Made by a program: the position numbers and the translations under genes. A model generated the notes under the pieces. It was given only the letters and a program-made list of their open reading frames with translations, did no database searches and was not told the DNA's origin. From positions 1 through 54,615 of the forward strand of contig CBCXTV010000007.1 in the NCBI GenBank assembly GCA_965178125.1: a stretch of DNA of 54,615 nucleotides, given 5' to 3'. The stretch is from Bilabrum cf. latius. Lineage: Eukaryota. Below, piece after piece: positions 47,792-54,615 of the stretch. Within the stretch, counting starts at the first letter, position 1. The number at the start of each line of letters is the position of its first letter.

Positions 47792-48283
47792 TCAACCCTT
47801 CTTGGCTTTTGCCTTCGCTGTACGGGCCCTGACAGCCGTCGCGGAGACTGCGTCTCCGGAGGAACCGGGTCGCGCCTGCGGAGGATTCTGTCGCATCTGC
47901 AGCACTGCGACGAGATCCTCGTCGTTCAACTGACGCGCCTTGCGCTTCAGTCTCGCCTTTCTTCTCTCTGCGTTTTTGAGGTTCTTCGCGACCTCCTTCT
48001 TCAGGTCGCGCGCTCTGTTTTTCTCCGCTCTCATGCGGTCGATGTATTCGAGCAAAGTCTCAGCGCTCTCTACCATTGCCGGAGGCTTTGGTCGGTCCGA
48101 TGCCTCCGATTTTGCCGGCGCTGCTTCTACCTCTTGCGCTTCTGCTGTGATCATTACAGCTTCTTCGCCTTTGTCGATGACGGCATCGACGGACGTGGTC
48201 CCAGGCGCACCCCCCGGGGATCGCGGTGGCGAGACGGTTCTGTGATCGCTGTCGGCGTCGCTGGTGGCGTCCTGGGTCGCCAT
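47792..48283 (-). CDS. Basic coiled-coil hypothetical protein, copy 4
   Basis: Still open, with two amino-acid changes. Confidence 0.75.
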   Translation of the reverse strand: MATQDATSDADSDHRTVSPPRSPGGAPGTTSVDAVIDKGEEAVMITAEAQEVEAAPAKSEASDRPKPPAMVESAETLLEYIDRMRAEKNRARDLKKEVAKNLKNAERRKARLKRKARQLNDEDLVAVLQMRQNPPQARPGSSGDAVSATAVRARTAKAKAKKG

Positions 48284-50067
48284 GGCGCCGGTGTGCTGGG
48301 CTTTGGGACTAACTCGGCTGACGCTGTCGCGGCCGCCGCGCGTCGGGTGGCAATAGGAGAACGCTCAGCCCGACGTCGGTATGTCATGCGATGCGCGCGT
48401 GGAATGTTATGCATTCGCGGGCCATGCAACAGATTTGCGAAAACAGCATCGATGTCGACAATGCTACGATCCGGGAAGACACTTTGTAAATCATGGAACG
48501 ATGGCCACTCATGCACATCCTCGGCACTGTTTGCCACTGCAGTAAGCTGAGCACCGCGTTTTGACACACCTACTTGCGAGCCGTCAAGCCCATTGCTGTG
48601 GAATGCTTGATCCCACGTGCGTCGCCGTATGACACGATCGAATGCCGCCAGCACGGCGTGGAAAAGCGCATGTGGCCATCGCTCGCGCGGCAGCGCGCGC
48701 GCGATGCGGAGCTGATATTCGTGTTCATGGCGCGCTTGTAAATTGCGAAGACGTGCGTGTCGCAAGGCTGGAAGCGCCCACGTCATTTTCGCGGGGATTA
48801 GATGGTAGTGGAAATTGAGTCGACTTGCCGTATGCCACACGGCGCGACCCAGGTGAGCTCGATACGTGTCCGCGCTAACAGTAAAATGATGCGTGTCTCG
48901 GAATGCATGGACGGCATCCGCGAGCACGCGCAGCGCGCGACACATTAATTTGGTGGTCATCCACCCCTTTGCGCCTCGCAAGAGAAGCACATTCGGAGGG
49001 AGCGCGAGGCGGAGGGCGTCAAATTGCTCGCGACTTATAATGCGGTCTGAGAAGAGAATATGGTCGGCAAGTGCGGTTGGATGTCGCTGTTGTTGGCGAT
49101 GAAGATGATCTGTGTGATCATGCTCCGCATCTCACGCTTCGGAGTCGGTTGACGCAAGCCTCCCGCTGCGCGAACTCGGCGTCGGGCTTCTTCCACAAGA
49201 AAACCTGCCTGTGAAACTGCCGTGAGCCGGATGCTCGTTTTGTCCATGTTCACGTGGACCGGGCACTTGTCCGGCGGCGCGAAGGCCCGCAAGAAGTTGC
49301 ACCATTTCCACACCGCGCGTGCCTCGAAATTCGTTTTGGGCCGGTTTTTTACTCAAATTTGGGGGGCGTTTTCCGGGCCCAGAGTGTATTTGTTCTATAT
49401 GTGAGGACCCCGAAACCAGGGCCTCTATATGGCCCCGTTTTGGGTTTCCTTCGTGAAACGTCGGATGTGTTTTTGCCACTGTCCGGTGGCCTTTAGGCGT
49501 CGTCGATCCACACATTCTGCATCGAGTCGAGGCGCGGTTTCCGAGCGACACCTGCCAGCGTCGCCGCCAACGCCGGCACCACTGTCGGATGCTTTGTCTT
49601 CTTCTAGATGCCTCGGGTCCGGCTCCCGCGGATCGGTACCCGTGAGCCTGCGTAATCTCGAGGAAAACGTTCGTCGTCGGCGCGAGTGTATTGGCGAAGT
49701 TCTGCTCGTGAACCCACCTGTGCAGATCATGTTCTCGCAAGAACCGCGATGTCATCGTGGCAGCTTGTAGACGCTCTGGCGTCCATGGACGTTGTTGCTC
49801 TCGGAGCACACCGTCTTCCGTAAGAGGAGCGTGCCATGCACGAAGATTTGCGATCGCGTCGTCAAGAGTCGGAGCCGGTGCATTCCGCCACTTCTGGCGC
49901 AGATAAGCCTCTGCGGTGACGACGTCGACGAAGACCGCCAAAAATCGGGCGTGCCCCTCCAGTTGTGCTATGCGAGCTGTTTGCCGCCGGTGTTGCTCTC
50001 TGGCACGACGAACTGCTTGCTGAAGCGCCCGCGTCGCGTTCGCGAGCGACGCGATTGTCGCTTCCAT
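48154..50067 (-). pseudogene. Degenerate pogo-like transposase, copy 4
   Basis: NMDETS has become NMDKTS, and frameshifts disrupt the region around QPCD and elsewhere. Confidence 0.8.
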
Positions 50068-53010
50068 GGCCCGAGTGTGGTGGTACGATTCGATCGTACA
50101 CAGGCATATTAGGATGTGTCTCGAGTCGGGAGCAATGCGGGGGCGAGCCACTGATGGGAAGCTTCATGTCAAGGCCCATTTCCGACAGTGCGCTCGATCC
50201 TGAGCCCCCCTCCCGAACATGCGCCCGTGCGTTAGTGCATGGTATCGGTGTGTCGCGCGCACTTTTGTGCTGTCGTTACTCGGCCGGTCGTTCGTGTGCA
50301 GATGTCCGCGCGCCCCTGCCGTGCGCGGTAGACTTGCGGGTGATTTCACTTTCCCGTAATTGCGTGCCGGAGCGATTATGTCTGATCGATTCTGCGATCG
50401 TGCTGAGATCGAAATGAAGACGGCGACGGGCTCTTTTCATCATTTCGATATGGTGGAGATGGGCACAGCGAAACTGTCGTTTCGCCAACGTCACCAGTGG
50501 GCGGGCGGGTGGGCAGGCGGGCGGGCGGGCGGGCGGACGGGCGTGCGGGCGGGCGGGCGCGCGGGCGGGCGGCGGGCGGGCGGGCGGGCGGGCGGGCGAG
50601 CGGGCGCGCGGGCGGGCGGGCGGGCGGGCGGGCGCTCGGCCGGGCGGGCGGGCGCCCGGACGGGCGGGCGGTCGCCTGCGCGGGCGGGCGGGCGGGCGGG
50701 CGGGCGGACGGGCGGGCGGGTGGGCGGGCGCGGGCGGGCGGGCGGGCGGGCGCTTGCGGGTGGGCGGTCGGACGCGGATGGGCGGGCGGGCCGGCGCGGG
50801 CGGGCGCGCGGGCGCGGGCGGGCGGGCGGGCGGGTGCGGGCGGGCGAGCACGCTTACAGTCAAACATAAGGAACGCTCGATTGCGCAACGGGGATACTGA
50901 CGACATGAGACCACTTCATGCGCGGGACGGCTGAAGGCTCGTTTCCCGGCTGAAGATGGAGTCGCGATGGTTCCTTCCTCGGCTGACAATCTCGAAAGCA
51001 TGTGCATTGACAAACAAGCCTTGGCACCCAGATCGTGTCACACCTTACACACGACCCACACGGTTCCGGATGCGCTCTGGGGTGGTCGGGGCTGCGGGAG
51101 GGGAGGCCGGTGGGAGGGGAGGGAGGAGTATGTGGATGGGGGGGCGGCTTGGTCGTGCGCGTGGGTGTGTCGGGGCGGGTGGGGTGGGGATGAAGGTGGT
51201 GGGACGAGAAGAAGGTTAGGACGGATGGTCGGGCGGGTGGTTGCCTGTGGATGATGTCGGAGCGCGCCACATGCGCTCGATCCAAGTCGGTTTCGCCCGC
51301 CCGAGTCGCGTAGCAGTGCTGGCGACGCACCGTCCGGTGAGGCGCGTGTTCCGTCCTCGCGCCTCGCTGCCGTCGACGGCTGCCACGGCGGCAAAGGTGC
51401 CGGCCGGCGACTCCAGCGCGCGTGCAGCCCGTTCGCGTTCCGCAGGCGTGGTCCGATGCCGTCACTTGCAGCGTATCGGAGCACGACCTCAGTATGCTAG
51501 CGTGCTTGTCGCGAGCTCGCACACACATTCGCTGGCCGTCGCATGGTTTGCGCAGCATGGTCGGCTGTTACGCAAATCGGTTCTTTGTGCGGTCGCCGTC
51601 GCACTGACATGAGAACGAATGCACCCTGACTGTTTGCGGTTCCTGACATAACCCGACAGTATTCATGCTGCGACCGGAACATGCGTGACCCAAAAATGCC
51701 CGACAAGCCGGATGATTGTGGAGCGCCGGGTTCGGCTCTCGTGGGGTCGCGGATCCAATAGTGGTATGGAAGATCTGAGCGTTTTGCATCACCGGGCCTT
51801 TCCCGTGCCTGGTGCGAATGGGCTGCTCGAAACGACTCTGGGCTAGCGGCGGGGAGGCCGGGATAGGGCGGGATGATGTTTGTGTGGTGGGGGGGGGGGG
51901 GGGTCGGTGGAGTGTGCGTGGGGTCAGTCGGGGCCGGAGGCGGGCCTCGTGATGGTGAGGGGGGGGAGATGGTGGAGCGGACAGATCGCGCGGATGGTCG
52001 CCTGCACAAAATGTCGGAACGCATAAGATGTGACTGGTCCATTACACGTTCGCATTCCCATGTTGTCTAGGTCTGCTGATTGCGCAGCGTCATGCGGACA
52101 AAAGTCCTCTCTGAAGGCGTTGCCGTCGTCGACGGCTGTCACTGCGGCAGCGGCACCGGCTGCCGGCTCCAGCGCGCGTACGCCACGTTCGCGTCCTGCG
52201 GCTGCCGCTGGATGCTGTTCCGCGCGGCATACACGAAGTCAGCCTTTGTATGCTAGCGTGCTACCCGGGAACCCTCACGCGTGCGCACGCGTTCGCATCG
52301 TGCGGACACGGTTGGCCGCAAGATAGTCCGGCCCTCGTCGAGCCACTGTTGCTTCGACATGAAAAACGATCCCATTGTGGAGTGTGGCGCGGACTGGCGT
52401 GACGTCACTGTCCGAATGCTATCATCGCAACACTCATGCCCCGAAATTGTTTTTGATAGGTTCCTGAATTGTGGAGTCCCTCCGTCGGGTCGCGCACCCA
52501 ATAGCGGTACCTGAAGCTGTGGCCGATCTGTCTCAAACGGCGCTGCTCGCGCTTTGGTGCGCGGCGCCCCTGACGAGTCGGCACCGGCGGTTTCGACGGT
52601 GGGATGGGCGGCTGAAGGCTCGTTCCGACCCGACCGTCCGCCGCCCTTTCCCTTGCGACCGCGGCCCTTCGTCGTGGACGACTGCGCCTCGTCTGTGATG
52701 TGATGGACGCCCACCGCGCCCCGCTTTTTTTCAGCGCTATAGCATGGACGTTTCAACGTCCTAGCCCCAAAAGAAAAAGGAAAATCGGCTACCTTCGTCG
52801 CGCGTCGGCGGCCGCAGCGCCCGTGGATCCGCGAACCAAGCGTCCGCGTCCGCTGGGCCTACGGCCCATGTTGGCATAGGCTCCGGGAACGCCCAATGGC
52901 TGAGCCATCGGTGCGCGGCCGGCGCAGGCGCATCGGCCAGCGTCGCGAGACGCTGGCACTTGCGCTTCTTCTCGAAGCTCGCGAGGAACTTCTGCCGTCC
53001 GCGGGGGTCT

Positions 53011-53902
53011 GGGTACCGATGACAAACAGAAGGCGGAAATCAGAAACCTACTGTTGATCGTTGCGCGGGGTTCCGGAGGGGCCGTGGGCCGCTTCGTGTG
53101 ACTGGCCTCAAAGAGGCACTGAGTTATAAGAACGGTGGTGGTGGCCAGGGGGCGGGGTGCGGAAAAAAGCATGACCCGAAATTGACGCATTCTACACTCC
53201 TTGGGCAGCCTTCCGGTCAACGCGGCGGCGGTGAATTCCCCCGCCTTGTCGCCTGTGTCCTCCCACACAGGCCCGGCGTGTCATGACGGCTGCCATCCCG
53301 CAGTCGTGACGGGACGGCGTGGTGGGCTATGTTATGTGGCCGAGTTGAGCTATTCCGCGTGCTCTGCGACCACCAGGTACTGAAGGCAGAGCATACGACC
53401 CTCCGCTTCTTCGGCGGCTGGCGCGACGCGTACAGCGAGCGGCACGCCAAGTGGAACGTCCGTGGCGCGAAGGTACGGGCCCAACCAACGGTTCACTTGG
53501 AACGGTGGGGAACCTGGCATGCGACATGGATACATGAAACGGCAACGTTGGCAGCCGGAGCAATGATGAGGCCTGGTGGGGTGAAGCGCGGTGTGCACCC
53601 GGGGCGCAGCAGGTGGAAAAAGTGCTGGTGGATGGTAAGGCTATCATCAACATCACATCTACAACAAGTGCACTCGGAACTCCTCGCCATGATCAGCCAA
53701 TCCAAAACGCCAGGCATCTTTTTTGTTTTGTCATCGGTGCCGCCAGGGTCTGCTATCAAGGTGAGTCCCGCAAGCGTCCATACCCTCAATTCATGCCAGA
53801 CCCAGGCGCACCATACCCACCCGCGCTTCCTCAATGGCGGCGGAAAATGCCGGCTCCCCCTCGTGCGTGCGGGCGGGCGGGCGGGCGGGCGGATGAACGG
53901 GG
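53011..53902. other. 892-bp foreign segment replacing 897 bp of the unit in copy 4; contains an inverted-repeat pair
   Basis: Homology to the unit stops after gcgggggtct (unit-1 position 8953) and resumes at tattacgcgtatacgcc (9851). Inverted repeats ggtaccgatgacaaa (53012) and tttgtcatcggtgcc (53727-53741). Confidence 0.85.
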
Positions 53903-54615
53903 TATTACGCGTATACGCCACCGCTAGCACGACTGTTGTCGGCGACAATGGCACATCACATCGAATGCTGATACCAAGCACGATCCGCACTGTGATAACT
54001 CCATGCTTTCCTAATGCGTCCTACCATTTTCCCACCAGCTTCGCACTGTCGTCGATTGATCGCACCCTGGTTGCAGCGCGGTCGTCCGCGCGATGCAAAC
54101 CAGCGATTGCAGCGGCAGCAGCTTCTCCGCCAGGTATGTCCCGGCGTCGTTTGGGTCGGCGCCGAAGCGTGTGACAATCAGCGCCCGGAATAAAAATGGT
54201 CCGATTGCTCAAAAAGCCAATGAGGACATGTGACGAGCTTATGCACGGGACGGCGGCAGGCTCGTTTCCCGGCATGGGACGGGGCGGCGAAGGGCTCGTT
54301 CCCCGGTTCACAATTGCGAGAGCTCGTGCATTGATCAACATGTCCTGTCTCGAGAAATCATTCCACACTCACACCTCCTCGAAATGGCGTAACACCAAAT
54401 GCTCGGCACAAAAGAATGCGTGTCATGCAACGATTGCTTCATGGGAGCACCACGACTGGCCGACCGTTCACCATGTGGACGAAACTCTGCGGCTCGAAGT
54501 CCGCATAGGTACTTCTGTTGTGCATGAGATGCCCGATCTCATCAGGCGCTGACAATCCGGCATCGACAAGGACGTCATCGAAATCGATGACGAGACTACC
54601 GCTCACGCTGACTCC

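Larger units (their letters stand above)
1..54615. repeat. Head-to-tail tandem array, ~3.7 copies of a ~14.69-kb unit
   Basis: gattctttgggaactgagat at 1 recurs at 14679, 29361 and 44050. Every ORF recurs with a ~14.68-14.69 kb period. Palindrome centres at 12646, 27332 and 42020 give periods of 14686 and 14688. Confidence 0.99.
42019..54615 (-). mobile_element. Partial, more diverged unit, truncated by the window end
   Basis: Matches the other units, but substitutions and indels visibly accumulate after ~46200. The transposase is broken and 53011-53902 is replaced by foreign sequence. Confidence 0.7.

Noticed and set aside
53329-54174. 281-aa + strand ORF in copy 4
   Set aside because: It runs across the foreign segment, a GGGC run and antisense unit sequence, has no recognisable motif, and is likely a chimeric open frame.

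Overview
The whole window is a head-to-tail array of about 3.7 copies of one ~14.69-kb unit (the window start recurs at 14679, 29361 and 44050). Copies 1-3 are near-identical and copy 4 becomes increasingly diverged and degenerate. The unit looks like a hybrid eukaryotic mobile element, probably from a dinoflagellate-like host (inferred from predicted GC-AG introns with AG|G at both junctions and GCCATGG start contexts). On one strand (-) it encodes a CRESS-DNA-virus/geminivirus-like Rep (HUH endonuclease plus SF3 helicase) and an intron-split pogo/Tigger-type DD35D transposase. It also carries a spliced GT25-like gene, a Cys-rich protein, a basic coiled-coil protein and two small ORFs. I could not recognise a capsid gene. 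Neighbouring units meet at a perfect 43-bp palindrome (…AAGCCCGA-CAG-TCGGGCTT…) with no TA spacer. This is the junction expected if a TIR element with 5'-CAGTCGGG… ends was excised, closed into a circle through its 3-nt overhangs, and then amplified as a concatemer, plausibly by its own Rep. Each unit also has about 10 co-oriented hairpins with a conserved 16-nt loop (CGGCNNNNGGCTCGTT) on stems of different sequence, a candidate rolling-circle origin upstream of rep, and three (GGGC)n tracts. All family calls come from reading motifs by eye; no database search was run.
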